Virus record (IMG/VR): IMGVR_UViG_3300049794_000047
Length of the DNA: 64,000 nucleotides
Reading direction: 5' to 3' (one strand)
Source: a virus
Taxonomy: Duplodnaviria > Caudoviricetes
The position numbers and the translations under genes were made by a program. Below, in pieces: positions 62,492 through 64,000 of the stretch. The first letter of the stretch is position 1. Every line of letters begins with the position of its first letter. The notes below the pieces were generated by a model. That model did no database searches and had not been told where the DNA came from. It saw nothing but the letters and a program-made list of their open reading frames with translations.

Positions 62492-63178
62492 GGCTAAGCC
62501 GTACGTTGCGTCATGCGACGAACAACCCAACGTGCAAGAACCAATTGTCGTGCCGCGCGACGCGCGACGAACAACAGTACGCCAATGAAGGAGCCCCCAT
62601 GACCTCGCTATCCCCCTCCAAACGCGTCTTGACCACGACGAGCGACCAACACGGCGGCGCGTGGTTCCGACTCGCGCGCACGAGCGACGGAATTCTCTGT
62701 CTGGAGTCGATCTCCGAGACGGCGTTGAACCGATCCGGGTTGCTCGCGGCCTGGGCTTTCAGCGGCGACGTGCCACCCCACATCGCGAATCAGCTCGCCG
62801 ACGATGGCGCCCCCGATCAGGTCGCGAGAGTCCTCGACTGTGCCCTTCGCGCCCTCAGGTACACATGAACATCCATGAGGAGAACGCCTGGAAGCTCCTG
62901 ATCAAACTGGGAGCACGAGAGTTCGAGCTCGGCGGAAAGCACGCACTCAACCTGTCCCCGATCCGGGTCACGAGCAGGGACAAATGCTGCCTCTTCGTCC
63001 AAGCCGTCCTCAACGTCGTCGGGCGCAGCGGTGCGAACCGCCGTCACGTCGACCGCCGAGGCTGTCCCATGTATGTCGTCACCGACTACTACACGATCGG
63101 GCAGAACTCCTCCGACCGTCACGATCCTGAACGAAAAGCACTCATCGCACGCACCCGCGCTCGGAGGGACGACCGCCC

Positions 63179-64000
63179 ATGATCTACAAGCTCAGCATCA
63201 AGGATCCTGCCAAAACCCCGGTGAAGTGGCTGGCCCAAGTCGCCGCGTTCAAGCAGCCCCGCATGTTCGAGTTCAAACCAGGCCTCAACATCCTCTGGGG
63301 ACGCAACGGCTCCGGGAAAACGACCTTGACCAAGGTCCTCGCGCGCCTGTTTCACTGTGAGCAGGGCAATCAACCCCTCGTGACCACAGAGTCACTACGC
63401 GCGCTGGTCGGCGATGGCGCCCTGGAGGCCGCTGACATTCGGAAGGGTCTCAAGGTCGTACACGACGGCCAGGGAGTCCGGCATTTCGACCCCGGTCACG
63501 CCGTCGGGCTGATAGGGCTGATAGGCGGAGGAGCCGCGTTCGACAGGGACTTCGGGACCGAGGGCATCGCCAACACGATGTTCAGAGGGTCGGCGGGCCA
63601 GACAACGATGTTCCGGTCCGACCGCCTCATCACCGAGATCGTCGCGGGTGAGGTGCCGGAGGCAGCGTGGAAGTTCTCCCGTGAGCCCACGAGTAACGAC
63701 GCCTGGGGACAACGTGCAAAGCTCGCCGCGCACTTCCTCGAAGGCAATGCCAAAAAGGGTCAACCCACCCTCTTGCTCGACGAGCCCGAGCGCAGCTTCG
63801 ACCTGAACTCTCAGGTTGGCGTCTGGCGCTTCTTGCGCGCCTACGCAGATCAGGTCCAGTTCATCGTGGCGTCGCACTCACTGTTCGCGCTCAAAATCCC
63901 CGAGGCCCACTACATCAAGTTGTCGCCGCGCTACCTCGCAGGTTCCGAGGCCGTGCTGGAGATCCTCCAGAAATGGCCGGGGGAGAAGCCGGCGAAAATC
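63179..64000 (+). CDS. ABC/AAA-type ATPase (runs off the window)
   Basis: Walker A GRNGSGKT, signature-like SAGQ, Walker B LLLDEPE, IVASHS. Confidence 0.88.
   Translation, partial: MIYKLSIKDPAKTPVKWLAQVAAFKQPRMFEFKPGLNILWGRNGSGKTTLTKVLARLFHCEQGNQPLVTTESLRALVGDGALEAADIRKGLKVVHDGQGVRHFDPGHAVGLIGLIGGGAAFDRDFGTEGIANTMFRGSAGQTTMFRSDRLITEIVAGEVPEAAWKFSREPTSNDAWGQRAKLAAHFLEGNAKKGQPTLLLDEPERSFDLNSQVGVWRFLRAYADQVQFIVASHSLFALKIPEAHYIKLSPRYLAGSEAVLEILQKWPGEKPAKI

Overview
GC-rich, gene-dense accessory region of a large phage-like or other mobile element. Most genes are short, on the + strand, and linked by ATGA/GTGA overlaps. A myxobacterial host is inferred from a GltG-like FHA domain and heavy sigma54 use. 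No rRNA, CRISPR array, terminase, portal or replicase is recognisable. Recognisable cargo: two tyrosine recombinases, a recombinase-domain fragment, DUF4160/DUF2442 and Phd-MNT/HEPN toxin-antitoxin modules, radical SAM enzyme, PKHD-type dioxygenase, RNA-ligase-like protein, MazG-like domain, FHA protein, frameshifted dual-specificity phosphatase, an ABC/AAA ATPase, and several RHH/HTH regulators. The strongest signals are non-coding. (1) A dispersed sigma54 (-24/-12) promoter module occurs 9 times, plus 2 degenerate copies. It carries helically phased GGGT-N8-ACCC palindromes and a conserved CTTAC box, and usually has a start codon 14 nt after the -12 GC. Its activator is not in the window. 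(2) An 86-bp MITE occurs 12 times, with 29-bp TIRs and TAA/TTA target duplications; removing it restores several genes. (3) Leaderless sigma70 promoters with an internal palindromic operator head cassettes containing a duplicated RHH gene. (4) There is a 400-bp hierarchical satellite and an expanded tRNA-like element. All family calls are motif recognition by eye; no database search was run.
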